DNA from: Hemiscyllium ocellatum
Taxonomy: Eukaryota
Length of the DNA: 64,000 nt
Reading direction: 5' to 3'
NCBI RefSeq assembly: GCF_020745735.1
Contig: NW_026867509.1
Coordinates: forward strand, 1,302,001-1,366,000
Below, piece by piece: positions 38,080-51,973 of this stretch. Made by a program: the position numbers and the translations under genes. Under the pieces are notes generated by a model that did not search any database, was not told where the DNA came from, and worked only from the letters and a program-made list of their open reading frames with translations. Every line of letters begins with the position of its first letter. The stretch's first letter is position 1.

Positions 38080-38830
38080 AAATGTGTAGAGAAAGAGAAG
38101 AACCACCCACAGAAACATCATGGTTTGATGTGGAAGAGAAATGAAGGTTCAAATAACGATAGAAAGAAAAGGCAAAAACGATAAATAGAAGGACACATAT
38201 ACCGCTACAAATTTGTAATAGGAAACAGTGGGAAATATAGAATGGGAACCAAACAGAAAGGGAAGTGGAGCGAGCGAGAGTGTAAGAGGGTGTGAGAATA
38301 ATCATAAATGCAGATATGGAAGCGTGATACAAAGGAAGACTATAAAAAAAGAGTGGAACACAATCTGAAACCGAAATAGAGCAATTGGGAGAGAGATAGA
38401 TAGATAAAGAGAGAGAGAGAGACAGAGAGAGAGACAACGGAGAGAGACAGGGAGAGTGTGTGAGAGAGCAGATGCAGAATTATGAGGGCGTAGAACGTTG
38501 TGGATGGAGATAGAGAGAGAGAGAGAGAGAGAGAGCGAGACATAAATGTATTCATTTTAAGAGAGATAGGGAAGGAAACACGGAGAGAATGACGACTAAA
38601 TGTAAGAAGAAAAATAAAAGAGGAAGCGTATGGAGAAACAGATAGACACCAGTGAATTGGAGGAAAAATGTAGCATTCAAGGGTAGAGAAATCGAGGAAC
38701 ATAGAGACTGAGAGTGACTGACAGAAAGTCATTACGAGAAGCAGACGCATATAGCAATAGGTAGAGGAAGAGAGAGAGAGGTGTAAAGAAAGAAAAAGTT
38801 TCAGTGAGAAAGACAGAAGAAAACTTCAAA
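38080..38830. repeat. GA-rich low-complexity region with (GA)n microsatellites
   Basis: (GA)n runs around 38390-38540; this explains the spurious SL-rich ORFs. Confidence 0.75.
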
Positions 38831-40121
38831 TTGAGAGCAGTTTTAAATTACAATAAAGGAGAGAGTACAACAGCCCAATGTCTCAACATTAGGCAAAATA
38901 GATGGTTAATACACATGTAGGATTAATGCACCATTAGTGAGCAAGGGAGATGGAAGTCAAAAAACGACGATGAAGATATAGTGAAGGTGAAGAGCATTTT
39001 GGGAAAAGAGGCAAAAAACAAAATGAATGCAGAAATCAAACAAATTTGAGTCGGGAGCATGTAAATGAAATGGAAAAATCAGCAAATTGAGAGTTTTTGC
39101 AATAAAGTGACGACAACGAATGAAAAGCGAATAAACAGAGAAAGATCTAGTGAACCAACCAGAAGACTTATTTCAAGTCAGACGCAGATTCAATCTGTTT
39201 CAAGGACGAAATTTTGGATGACTCAACATCTCCTCTGCTTTGACTGAATAATTTCAGAATCATTTCTCAAAACAAAATCTATGCTGGAGGAGCTTTATGT
39301 CTTACGCATTTCAGGACAGATGCAAGAATGAAAAGAAAGTATTAACTTATGCCATAGGAGAATGCTGTTTTAATATCACTCCTTTTCACCACCCGTTTTC
39401 CTGACGTGACGAATTGCAGAACAGAACAGTATTGAGCTTATTGGGTATTGTGTAAAAAATTGGATTTCCAATTGGATTAGATGTTACCTTCTGTCTCTGG
39501 CCAGAAGATGTCAATCAGTTCAGCGACTAGTATCAATATGCCATCACATTTCTTGATGAATAATCATTTCATCCAGAACAAATTTCTGTGCAAATCTATC
39601 ATCATATCTCTCGAAACATGTTGGAAGTTTATTTTTATTTTATTGTTGCTGCTGCAGCTCTCTTAGTTTGCAAGTTGAGAATTTATTCATCACTTCAGTT
39701 CAGAAATATCGCATTTATTACATTTAATCCGAGCACAGTAATGCCATATTTTGATCTGGAAAGGAAAGAGTTGGAATCTTTCTGAACTCGTCCCTAAAGT
39801 AAATGGTATACATCAGCTGAACGTTTTGCTGAATGGTTCATGAACCGAGCCCATCAGCGGAATTTAATGTTTGGCATGATAAACGCCAGATACATAATAA
39901 CATTGCTTTATAACACAGTGGAGAATTGGACATCAAAGAAGACACTAAACTTGCATCAAAACATACGAAATTACTCGTTGCAGAACATGTCGTCCTTAAT
40001 ACACTTCGATATATGTTTGTAAATTAATGCTCAAAAAGGAGTCATTTATTTGAATGTTTCAGGGGAGAAGGTCACCGTGATATATCATCATTTAACTTAA
40101 TATGTCTATGTGCTTTAACAG

Positions 40122-40424
40122 GGCAATGTATGAAGAGACTGGTTTCACAGACACGAACTGGAATAGTAAATGTAGGCCATGACGTTCAATTATTCTGTAA
40201 TTACACAATTGCAAGCAGCAGCTTGCCTTACCTGTTCGGTTAACTTCAATATTGAAGTGGATCCATTGAGTATTTGCTACATAAGAATAGGTTCAGAGAC
40301 AATACAGAAGAATCTCCACAGATCGTCTCTCAGTGAAACTCACTGAATCGAACCGAACTGTGCTGCTAAACCCTGTGAAAGCACATCTGATGGACTCCAC
40401 TGTGTATTATTGCACACTGAGACC
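40122..40424 (+). pseudogene. TCR V-alpha/delta pseudogene
   Basis: Acceptor TTAACAG ending at 40121; GQCMKRLVSQTRTGIVNVGHDVQLFCNYTIASSSLPYLFG*...DSTVYYCTLR; several stops; RSS AACAGAG-22-ACAAGAACT with a defective heptamer. Confidence 0.85.
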
Positions 40425-40859
40425 AACAGAGACATAGAATTTGAGTGAACCTTACAAGAACTGTTAGACTGCCGAGCAACGTGTCAGCGAATGAGCGAGT
40501 TGAGGTATTGACAGACGGTTTATCAGTGGCAAGTCACGATTCACCCCATCATTCGTCATCTTCTCATGCATTCAGTTTTCTAATAATTGCATTGAGTAGA
40601 AGTGAATTCAGATGCAATTTTGCATTTCTACTTTTTTCAGTTAGCCACATATGCAAGCAGATTCATTGCCGTGAACAAAGAACAAATGAAGGGCAAACTT
40701 CTATATTTGTAAGAAAACGTTGGATGGAAGCACACTGACGGGGTGGGGTGACTGCAAATCGAGCACTGGCATCAGTTAAACTGAAATGAAATTAGAATGA
40801 ATGGCTGTGAACAACTTTTGTGGTTTTCTGTTTATTGGGCAGATCAGAATGGCGGAAAA

Positions 40860-41180
40860 AGTCTGCAAGGGGCTCAGTGGTTATCGTGATGCCTCACACG
40901 ACCAGCGAGTGAATTTTGCTTCCACCCCCGGGTGACTGTCTGTGTGGAATTTGCATAATTCCAACATCCCCCTCACCCCACACCGTGTCTGCATGAATTT
41001 CCTCAGGTTCCCTGGTTTTCTCCGACAATTCAAAGTGTGCAAATTAAGTGGCTTAGTCATGAAGAAATCCAGAGTTCCATGGATAGTTTAGGTCGTTCCA
41101 GGTGGGATACTATTCGGCAGGACGGTGCAGATTCATTGGCTGAATGTCCTGCTTCCATACTGTAGTAATTCTATGATTCA
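40860..41180 (+). mobile_element. Degenerate HE1-like SINE
   Basis: GGCTCAGTGGTTA...GACTGTCTGTGTGGAATTTGCA...GGTTTCC resembles 61238-61547. Confidence 0.55.
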
Positions 41181-41599
41181 GTGGCTGCGAAATACAATAA
41201 GTTGCGGGCTGTAGGCAAGCCATATAATTCAGATGCAGAGATGAATGCATGTACAGTCACGCAGTATCAGATTCATAAATATGCCTGGCACCAAGTGAAA
41301 ATTAATGTCGACTCTGCACTTGCATAATATTTAATCTAATTCAAAGCGTTGCTTCTGCTTGTTGTTAACTGATTGGCGTTTTTCGGGTTAGTCCTTTTGT
41401 TTTTTTTATATTTAGTCATTTCTTTACTTCGCCGGAAAAAGATCAGCTATGGTCAACTTTCGTGCACATACTCTTGCATTACGTTCAGAAAGACTTCGAT
41501 GCAAAAGGTGCAGGCAAAACCTTTCTATTCGACACACTTGAATTTAAATCGTTTCACCTGGATTGTATTCGCCTGAATTTAGACGAACGGGCGTGGCAG

Positions 41600-41970
41600 G
41601 ATCTCAGAAAAGCATAAAATAATGAAGGAATTTGACAGCTCAGATGGTGAGAGAATGCTTCCGATATCGGGAAAGTCCAGAATTGGGGTCACAGTCTCAG
41701 AATAAAAGTAATCTATTCGTGATGAAAAGAGGAATCATTTCTTACCTGAGAGAGATATGAACCTTTGGAATTCTGTGCCACGGACAGCTGTTGGAGTCTG
41801 TTAATTAGCTATATTCATGGAATAGCTGGACATGGCCCTTGTTGTTACAGTGATCAAGAGGCATAGAAAGACAGCGAAAGTGGGATATTAAAATTGCATG
41901 ATCAGCCATGAGCATTGAATGGGGCTTTTGATCTGAAGGCCAAATGGCCTAACTCTACACTTAATTTCTA
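41600..41970 (+). mobile_element. CR1-type LINE 3' end fragment
   Basis: Similar to the 3' end of 1830-2960. Confidence 0.5.
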
Positions 41971-42289
41971 TGTTTGTATTTTAAAGCTAAAAATCACACA
42001 ACGCCAGGTTATAGTCCAAGAGGTTTATTTGGAAGCATTAGCTTTCGGTGTGCTGCTCCTTTATGGGTAGTTAGGGAGAATAAGATTGTAAGGCGCAAAT
42101 TTATAGTAAAAACTTACAATGTGATGTAACTGAAATTATATGTTGAAAAAAATTGGAGTGTTTGTTACGTCTCTCATCTTTTAGAATGCCTTTAGGTTCT
42201 TGCATATGTAAATTGCAAAACCTTTTTTTTTACAAGTTACGTTCTCAAGTGCACTTTAACAATTGGTGTTTGTACTATACACAGCTACA

Positions 42290-42400
42290 GGTAGACAGAC
42301 ACACACATGCGCACACGCACGCGTGCACACACAGACATACAGAAATACACACGTACATACTCAGACTGTCTATCATACACTCAAACATGCACTCCCATAC
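42290..42400. repeat. (CA)n-rich microsatellite
   Basis: ACACACACATGCGCACACGCACGCGTGCACAC... Confidence 0.7.
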
Positions 42401-42855
42401 ACACCATAAGTACAAGCTACATCAGTGCCACCTCCTGCAATATGACCCTGCAGGTGAGTTGATGCTTCTACCGTGCAACTGCCTTTGGAAAGTTTGAATG
42501 TTTCGACTTTGTAGCGAATAATAACCAGCAGAGGGTGACATTATGTCACAATCAAATAAGATGAATCAACCAGAAAGAAATGTTGACTTTGTTAATTCAT
42601 TGTCATCACGCGACACAATTTGTCTCCACTGTTGCTGCCAAAACTTTCTGAAACGGTTTTAGACTAATCCAATGATGCTCCAGACAAACATTTGGAGTGG
42701 TTTATACTTGTATGTATCTGTACACAGAGGCAGACAGAACAATAATGCAAGGAAAACACACATGGCAGATACTCAAAATGAGACCAAAATAATGACTGGT
42801 ACGGAAGGAGGATACATCACACCACCACACCCCAAGCACACAAATATAGAAACAT

Positions 42856-42868
42856 NNNNNNNNNNNNN
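42856..42868. other. Assembly gap, followed by a SINE/LINE tail fragment (to ~42950)
   Basis: 13 N, then GGCCGAAGGGCCTGTACTGCGCTGT...TTCTATGTTCTATGTTCTA. Confidence 0.9.
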
Positions 42869-44329
42869 AAGTTAGGTAGGCTTCGGTCGGCGCAACATCA
42901 AGGCCGAAGGGCCTGTACTGCGCTGTATTTTTCTATGTTCTATGTTCTAGATATGTTATCTAATTATCCCCTGTGACTATCCTGATCACTGAATATATAT
43001 TATCTACAATCTCTGGCAATGTCAATGAAACGACGTGAAATATTTATATGTCGTGCCTCCACCTCGAAGACAAATCTTAGAAAAGGTGCAGCACTGACTT
43101 CAGTCTATTTCTCACTTCCTATTGTTGTAGTTTGCGATGTTATAGTAAAGACATTTCGAAAGAAAAGAAGTGTTTCCTTTCCAGTAAAATCCCATTTTCC
43201 TTTCACGTTGATGTTTTCTAATCTAGCTTTTATAATGTGTCAAACACTAGAGGTCCTGGAGACTTTTACCTCCCTATCCCATTATGCTTCTACGTTTTCT
43301 TTCCGTTCATGGGTTTAATGATTGTTTAAAGTTCTATTCATCAGTTTACAGCTTTGTTTTACCATAATAGCAAGAGAGATATACCAGTATACAGTACCGA
43401 ACGAAATGACCCTTCGGTCGATTGAGTCTATGCTGATTAAAAAAAAGAGTATTTTTTCCCATTTTCTAGCAATTAACTTATGTTCTTTTGTGCCTTGGCG
43501 TCACAACTGCACACTTAAAATTTTTCCAGATGTTGTCAGGGTTTCCGAATCTGCCACCCTTTATAGTCAGTGAGTACCAGATTCCACCAACATCTGAGTG
43601 AATACAATTACCTCATATCTATTCTAATCCTCCAAAATTTACCTCAAATTTCTGCCCAATCATTGATCACTCTCGTGAGTGGATAAATTCTGACCTGTCG
43701 AGCTCGTCTGTGAACCTCATAGTTTTAAACATTTCAATTGTTTCTCCTTCTCAGTCTCTCTATTTAAAAATAACAACCCCAGTCTGTCCATTTTCTCTTT
43801 TAATTAAACATCTCCACCTCACGAAACATCACAGGAAACCTCGCTCGCTCCCTCGTCTGGGCAAACAAAACCGTTGTACATGTGGGTGTCAGAACCACGC
43901 ATAATTCTGTAATTACTTTGCATGAAGTTCCAGTGTCACCTCTCTGCTTTTAAGCTTTCTGCTTCAGAGTAGAAATGTCAGTATCCTATCTGCCTTCTTG
44001 ACCACTTTGACGATCCAACACTTCTTTCCAAGAAACAGTTATTTCTTTACTTCTAATATTATTTTCACAATTTCGTCTACGAAAGGATAAATCATGACTT
44101 TTGATACCTGTAAATTTTCGATATTTAGAAACACGTTTAGCTCTCTGATTCAGCTTTCTGTGAATTATTTTCCATATATTTCAATGGCATTATTTTCTTG
44201 GGCATATTTTTTCTTGTTTTCTTTTACTCCCATCCCTCTTCCTTACTGCTGACAATACAGGATTGTTTGGCTTTCCCTTCATTTTGAACTTCTGGCCAAC
44301 GGTATTGCTTCTTTCTTGTAAAGTCTTCT

Positions 44330-46630
44330 TTTCTCAGTAGAACTTACCGTCGTTCAGAATTATGAATGGTACCAGATAATGAGCTCGGCCATGTAATAGA
44401 TTTGGAGTTAGGTGCGTACTTTGGTGATAGTAACCACAATTTCATTATGTTTACTCTTGTGATGGAAAGGGATAGACGTATACTGCAGAGCAAGAGTTGA
44501 GCTGGGGAAAGGTAATTAAGATGCGATTAGGCAAGGTTCAGTAGGAATAGGATCGGGAAGGAAACTACAGTGAATGGACACAGTTGAAATTTGGAGTCGT
44601 TCAAGGAACTGGTACTTCATGTCCTCGATAAGCATGTATCTATCAGGCAGGGAGGAAGTGGTCCATCAAGGTCGCCATGATTTACTAAAGACGCTGAATC
44701 TCTTGTCAAGACAAAGCAAGCTTTTGTTAGGATTGGACGTGAAGGCTCAGTTAGAGCGCCCGAGTGTTACAGGTTAGTCAGGAATAACCCAAAGAGAGAA
44801 CGAAGATGCGCTTGGTGGTGACATCTGAATTCGTTGGCAGATATGATCAATGAAAACCGTAAAACATCGAATGGTTTATCAGGAATGGAAGGAGGACAAG
44901 AGTAATATTAGGGCCAATCAAGGCTGGAGAGGGGCGTTTTGCATGGGGTCCAAAGAGGTAGGGGAAGCGCTAAATGGATATTTTTCGTCAGTATTCACGT
45001 TGGAAAACGACAACGTTGTCGAGTCGAATACTGAAATACAGACTACTAGACTAAATGGGATTGAAGATCAGAAAGAGGAGGTGTTAGCAATTCTGGAGAG
45101 GTCAAAAATAAATAAATTCCCTGGGCCAGATGGGATTTATCCCAGGATTCCCTGGATGGATATTTCAGAGCCTTTGGCTTTGGCCTTTAGGTTCTTATTA
45201 TTTGCAGGAGTCGTGGCAGAAGACTGCAGGATAGCAAGTGTTGTCCCCTTGTTAAAGAATGAGAGAAGAGATAATTATAGACCAATGACCCCTCTTTATA
45301 TTGTTGGTAAATTATTGGAATGGATTATAAAATATATATTACAGTCATCTTGAAAGGAAGAAGTTGCTAAGAGATAATCAACCCCGTCTTGAGAAGGATA
45401 GAACTTGACTCACAAAGCTTATTGAGTTCTTTGAGAAGGTGACCGAATAGGTGGATGAGAATAAAGTGCTTGATGTGTGGTATGTCAATTTCAGTAAGGC
45501 GTTTGATAAGGTTCCACACGGTTGGCTCTTGCACAAAATCCGGAGGAATGGGATTCAGGTTCATTTAGCCGTTTGGTCAGAAATTGGCTAGCTGAAAGAA
45601 GACAGAGGGAGTTGATCGATGGGAAATGGTCATCTGGAGTACGGTTAACAGTCATGCACTGGAACTATTTGTCCTGGCCAACTGCTGTTTGTCAGTTTTA
45701 AAAATGACCTGGATGAGTGCATAGAAATATGTGTTAGTAAATTTGCAGATGACACGAACGTCGATGGGGTTGTGGATAGTGTTGAAGGATGTTGAAGGGT
45801 ACAAAGAGACATAGATAAGCGGCAGAGCTGGACTGAGAGGTGGCTAATTGTGTTTAATGTGGAAAAGTGAGAATTGATTCATTTTAGAAGGATCAACAGT
45901 CATAATGAGAACTGTGCTCACAGAAAGATAATTGGTAGTGTAGATGAGCAGAGAGATCTCGGTGTCTATGTGCATAGAACCCTGAAAGTTACCACCAAAG
46001 TTGATAGGGTTGTTACAATATATGGTGTGGTGCTTTCATTGGCAGAGGGATTGAGCGTTCGAGTCATGAGGTCTTGCAGCAGCTGTGCAAAACCCTGATG
46101 CGGCTGCACTTGGAGCATTGCGGATGATTCTGGTCACCACAGTTTCGGAAGGATGTGGATGCTTTAGAAGGGGTTCAGAGGAGATTAACTGAGATGTTGC
46201 CTGATATGGAGAAAAAGGCTGATTATAAAAGGCTGAGGGACTTGAGGTTCTTCTCCTTAAAGTGAAAAAGTTTGAGCGCGTTATATAATCGAGTCCAAAT
46301 CTGCGGGTGCAATACCGTGCACGATGAGAGCCTCTTTCCTCAGATGATGATGGCTACGACGGGGAACAGCTTTAAGTTGAGTGTTGGTAGGTATAGGGAG
46401 ATGTCGGAGGTAATTTCTTTATCCAGTGAGTAGTATTGTTGTAGAAAACTCTACCTGCAACGGTGATAGACTCGCCAAATTTAGGGGCATTCAAATAGCC
46501 ATGGATAAACCTATGGATGAAAATGGAATAGCATATGTTAGGTGGGTTTCAGATAGTTTCCACAGCTTGGCTCAACATCGAGGGCCGAAGGGACTGTACT
46601 GTGCTGCAACGATCTCTATTCTATGTTCTA
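44330..46630 (+). mobile_element. CR1-type LINE (HER1-like) ORF2 remnant with 3' tail
   Basis: ORF 44850-45353 EVGEALNGYFSSVFT...KFPGPDGIYPRI...NYRP, then DFSKAFDKVPH-like and KFADDT motifs; TTCTATGTTCTATG tail shared with the SINEs; frameshifted. Confidence 0.85.
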
Positions 46631-46689
46631 TGAAATATCCTTGAAACAACCTTCAAGAACTTATTCAAGGTCTGGGTATATAACTTATA

Positions 46690-47090
46690 GGTTAGCGAGT
46701 TTTGAGCATATTTCTAGCTCAGGTTGAGGTTTGGATGTAGGATTGCTCCTAAGTTGGAACGTTCATTTCCAGACGTTTCGTCACCCTACTAGGTAAAATC
46801 TACAGTGGGTCTCAGACGAAGCACTGCTGATAAGTCCTGCATTTAGTTATTATATTTGGGTTTCTTTGGTTGGTGATGTCATTTCCTGCGGTGTTGTCAT
46901 TTCCAGTGCTGATGTCACGTCCTGTTCTTTTTTCTAAGGGGTGTTAGATGGGCATCTAACTCGATGTGTTTGGTGATAGATCCCATAATACATCGAGATG
47001 GAACTCACCTACCATTCCCTGAGAAAAAGAACAGGAAGTGACTTCACCTCAGGACATGGCATCACAACATTATCTCCATCTGAGGCAGCT
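46690..47090. mobile_element. Penelope-like terminal fragments with an internal inversion
   Basis: CAGACGTTTCGTCACC terminal motif; inverted arms at ~46912-46941 and ~47017-47045. Confidence 0.5.
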
Positions 47091-47229
47091 GAATAATCAT
47101 CTGCACAAATAACATTTCATGCATGTAAATGATTGAAACAACTAATTAAGTCCCAAGAGCAAGATAGCAGCAATAAATACGCTTACATCTTCAATGAATT
47201 GTGGCGTGCACTCAGGAACTCTGAGAAAG

Positions 47230-47299
47230 ATGCACGGAATACCGAGAGGTGTGATCTTTGCAATTTACTATCCTGCCATTGCAATAATTGGGGTTCCAG
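47230..47299 (+). CDS. GPR139-like GPCR, exon 1
   Basis: MHGIPRGVIFAIYYPAIAIIGVP plus G, donor GTAAAG at 47300; phase matches exon 2 at 51063. Confidence 0.85.
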
Positions 47300-50200
47300 G
47301 TAAAGTTTTGATTTCTCGTCAGTGACAGTGAAAGGATGATGCTATCTTTCTAAGTGAGGACAGTGCATAGCTTTGAGGTTAACATCAGGTGCTGGAATGT
47401 CCATGCATCTCTTTCCCCTTTGTCTCCTGATGGCTGTATTTGTGGGTTTGGAAGGTGTTATCCAAGGACTGCTGGTGAATTTCTGCAATGCCATGTTTCG
47501 ATGGTGCGAACTTTTGTCCATGAATTTCGACGGACTGTTTTCTCGAGGATATGATATTAAGAAAGCAATATGGTTCTTTCTGGGTGGTTTTGACGTTAGA
47601 TGTTTTTGTCAGATTTGTACTCATCCATTCTTGTGGTGAGTATCTTATCACATGCACGAATTAAGTATACGAGAAAGTGGACAACTTTTGGGATCCGGCG
47701 GTGAATTACTCGCTGCAGTATTCTCAGTTGCTGATTAGCATTTGTAGCCATAGTCTTTATATGGTGAATTCAATTAATTTTCTGAAGGATGGTATTCGCT
47801 ATAAAATTGATATTGCTGAATTTTAATGCCACGCAACATTCATCAGCAAGAGTTAAAGCTTCTGTTGATCGAGTTAGTCATTGTCTACCAGGCTTGTGAG
47901 GTGCGAATGCTGTTTGTGTTAGATTGAAACCAAAATATGCTTATTTGGTCTGCTTGAGCACGTGGTAAATTGCCAATTGAAAGGTAATGAGTAATTATAA
48001 GCAATTGTAACAATTCACACATTTCGATGAAGGGAATGCCATTTCTAAAGCCGCTAAACATGTTTGAACTCAGGATAATACGCAGACAAACATCTGTAGA
48101 TAATTCCAGAGATCATGTGAATATCTTTTATCTTCCTTTGTGCGAATATGATTCCAACCAGGGTTGAGTTTTTTTCTCAATGCATATTGATGCAAATGTG
48201 GCACAGTTCCACGCGGAAACATTTCGACCATTAAAAATTTAATGACAAGGGCCGTCATTCGCACCTCAACACTAGATCTTATTTTTAACCAAGTGCTAAA
48301 TAAGGCCAGGAGCTGGCTTGGGCCTGATGTAAATCAAACTGGGCATCAGAAGGATGGTTGGAACTAACAGATTCATTTTAATTGTGCTGTTGGTCACATT
48401 TTCTATAACTTATTGAGTGATTGAGACGAGATGGAGAAGTTGTTCAGTTTGGATTTGTACTGCTTGTTGCGTACAGAACAGACCTGGGCAGCTTTCCTCA
48501 TTCCGGTTGCATGCCAGTGCTGTATTTCTGTTGGAATATCTTATCTTGTGGTGGCATTTTCTGGAATACAAATGTTCACGGGTATTGGAATTTTGGCAGT
48601 CTCTGGTATCTTCTGTGGTTTCTGAAATCTCATTGACCAAATAGAATTCTGGGAACGTTCTAACTCGTCCTGCTTAAATCTGATCTATTGGTTGCGGGAT
48701 CAATTATCTCTATCTGTCACTTCCTGCCTGTTTGGCACGTACGTAGTTCCTTATTTGATTTTCAACTCCACAAGGACTGCCCTATGGTGTGCAAAACAGC
48801 AAAATGTCCTCTTCGACTGTTACCACTTGTTTGTTTTACCAAGTTACTGGCATTTTGATGTTCAACATTACATATCTTTATTAATTTTGCAGTTCTCTAT
48901 ATTTATAATGAAATGTCTTAGATTTGTCAATGCAATTTTGTTCATATACCATCATTGTTCCATTACATTTTTCACTCATGTTAACCCTTCACGCCTGTAA
49001 TGTTTTGCTAAAGCACGAAACATTTGATTTGAATTAGTTATGTATTTCTGCCAAGTTATGTCACCATCGCATTGCATCATTGTAGCACAATGTCTTATTG
49101 ACATTGCTAAAACTCGTTTAATTGTTAGACTAGCATTATATTGTGATAATACAGCCAGAGAATAGTTCAATGATGTTTCTCTCAAGTGGACTGCGCGCAA
49201 ATTAACAAAAAATATAATGGCAAAATTGTACTCTTATTGTGCATCAATAATGCACATATGTTAAATTGCCAAGCACCCATCATTTTGTTAATGACTTTCT
49301 AATAAGTCACTCACTCTGATAACCGGCTTGTATTTTCAAATTTTGATCGCTGTGTATATGTAGAATTATTGTGAGAGTCGGCAGTGGAATAACACTCAAA
49401 ACATATTCAGGTATTGAAAAACTTCAGTCACTGATCAAACATGACTGATTATATTTGATTCATTTATTAAACTCTGAGTTTACTGTTAACCTCAGGTAAT
49501 ATTAAACACTGAGTTTTCGAAAATGCATCAGCATTTCTCAGCTGACAAAGAATGGATGCTTGCAGTATTTCCAAGTTGATAAGGCACAGTGTATTTTTCC
49601 CCTCTTTTCAATCACTCTATCTCCATTTCCACATCGACTGTTACTGATTCTTCAAAAATATGTCTGATTATCACCAGATATGCTGTTTCAAAAACTTGTT
49701 TATCCCATATCTACAACTCCTCCCATACCTACTATATCCTGTATCTTGCTGTTGTTACCAGAACAGCACACAGTACTCCAGCTATGACCCAACCAAAATT
49801 CAGGACAATGCCCTTATAATCTATGCCATGAGTAATAAAGTTCGATCTGTTCAGCACCTTTTTCTTCTAAATATATAATTTAGGGTAAGACAGATCATTT
49901 GCCCAATGTCGCACTGAACCATGAAGGAGTTATTGCATTGGAGAAATGCATCCTCCAAATGTAACAACTCCATACGTTAATTCCAATAGTGTTGCAAAGC
50001 ACCAAACAGTCTCGTTGATTACTAGTTGCTGATGTCGCATTTGCCACTGAGTTCCTTCCATGAAGTTGGAGAAAGACGATATTTCTCTCTTCTACGTCTC
50101 TCTTTGGGGATTTTGTTTTTCAGAAAAATGCAATTTGAAGCATTTCCATCTTCAGTCAGGGATACTGAGTGGAAGACCATAATCTGCTCCGACTGAGTTT

Positions 50201-50457
50201 TCTAAAATCACACAATAACCTTCTGGAAATTGAATTAAAGGAAGTTGTTCTTCTTGCCCTTTGTAAGCCTTTCTTCTCAATTTAAGAAAACTCCCCCACC
50301 TTAATGATTTCTAAATTATTAAATGTTCTTTTGTTGTTCGGAATGTGTATCCAATTTTCTTTAGTAATTGTTTGAGCAATCCAGTTCTCTAGCAAAGTTA
50401 TCTTCTTAATGCAGGTAATTATGATGAAGACTACTTTGCATAATCATTCAACAGTTG

Positions 50458-50634
50458 AAAATGTGTTGCTGGAAAAGCGCAGCAGGTCAGGCAGCATCCA
50501 AGGAACAGTAGAATCGACGTCAGGGGCATAAGCCCTTCTTCAGGAAAGGGCTAATGCCCGAAACGTCCGAAACGTCGATTCTCCTGTTCCTTGGATGCTG
50601 CCTGACCTGCTGGGCTTTTCCAGCAACATATTTT
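50458..50634. repeat. Long imperfect palindrome (tail-to-tail Penelope-like terminal repeats) inside the GPCR intron
   Basis: AAATGTGTTGCTGGAAAAGCGCAGCAGGTCAGGCAGCATCCAAGGAACAG... pairs with ...CTGTTCCTTGGATGCTGCCTGACCTGCTGGGCTTTTCCAGCAACATATTT. Confidence 0.85.
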
Positions 50635-51062
50635 CAGCTCTGATCTCCAGCATCTGCAGACCTCACTTTCTTCTCGATAATCATTCAACAACCTTTCTTT
50701 TACGAAGTCACAATTTACATCGAACAATGGTGCATTATATCTTTAAATCTAAAGGTGTTATGTTCAACGATATGCAAGTCAGGTGGGTTGACCACTCTCA
50801 ATTACTCACAGTGTTGGTTAGGTGCATTAGCTTTGGGTAATACATGATTACAAGGAGAGGATACAAGAATGGTACTGGGTCAGGTGTTCTTTGGTGTTTC
50901 ATTCTGGACCCATTGGGCCTGATGTCTGTTTGCAAGCTGTAGGGGTGCTTGATTTTAGTTTGATGTGTATAAATATGAAACAAAATCCAGCAAAATTAAA
51001 CGACTCTGTTCAGAATCACACCAGTATCATTTTAATCTTGTGATGTTCTCTGTCTATTACAG

Positions 51063-51973
51063 CTAACTTGGCAGTGATTGTGATCCTGTCTCGAAAAGGA
51101 TGTGGTCTGTCCCGTTGCATAATATATTACCTGGTGTCCATGGCAGTAACCGATCTCCTCGTCATGATCACTGCAGTAATATTAAACCGGATTGCTGGAC
51201 TTTATTTCCCACTTAGTGTCCTGTCTATCACACCAGTGTGCAGTTTTCGCTCTGCCTTAAATTTTGCTGCCATTGACAGTTCTGCCTGGTTTACTGTTGC
51301 CTTCACATTTGATCGGTTTATAGCCATTTCTTGCCAGAAGTTGAAAGCAATTTATTGCACCGAAAAGGTGGCAGCAAGAGTCATAATAATCATCTCTACA
51401 CTGACCTGTGTAAAAAATATCTTTATGTATTTTATGTTCGAACCTAAGTACATAATTGACAATATTCCCTGGTTTTGTGCCATAAAAGAAATATATTATA
51501 CATCACCTGCATGGACTGCATATGATTGGATTCGTTCTATTTTAACGCCTTTCCTTCCATTCATGTTCATTTTGCTCCTCAACGCCCTTACTGTCAGGCA
51601 CATCATAATAGCAAACAGAGCTCGCAAAAGACTCCGAGTTCAAGGCAATGAACAAAGTCAATGTGACCCAGAGATGAAAAAGCGAAGAAAGTCCATGGTA
51701 TTACTCTTTGCCATTTCAGGCAGTTTTATCCTTTTATACTCGTTGTATTTTTCAACCATCCTCTATGTCCGAATTTCACATGTAACGTACTCCTCTGGTT
51801 CTGATTTTATTAATTCCACGTTTATTCTTCAAGAAACTGGAATGATGCTTCAGTTATTCAGTTCATGCATCAATCCGTTCATTTATACAGGAACGCAGGC
51901 TAAATTCAGAGCTGAGTTAAAGGATGGTCTGAAATATACAATCTATCCATTTGTTAAAAAATTTCAGCAGTGA
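51063..51973 (+). CDS. GPR139-like class A GPCR, exon 2 (intact; 326 aa with exon 1)
   Basis: Acceptor TTACAG ending at 51062; ANLAVIVILSRKGCGLSRCIIYYLVSMAVTDLL...FTFDRFIAISC...CINPFIYTGTQAKFRAEL; seven TM segments; TGA at 51971-51973. Confidence 0.92.

Noticed and set aside
37898-38750. Long minus-strand ORFs (179 aa and 136 aa)
   Set aside because: Translations of GA/CT microsatellite sequence.
48300-48640. Minus-strand V-like fragments (HW...GKLPRSVLYATS) and overlapping hydrophobic short ORFs
   Set aside because: Needs several frameshifts and has no YYC or RSS; could be chance.
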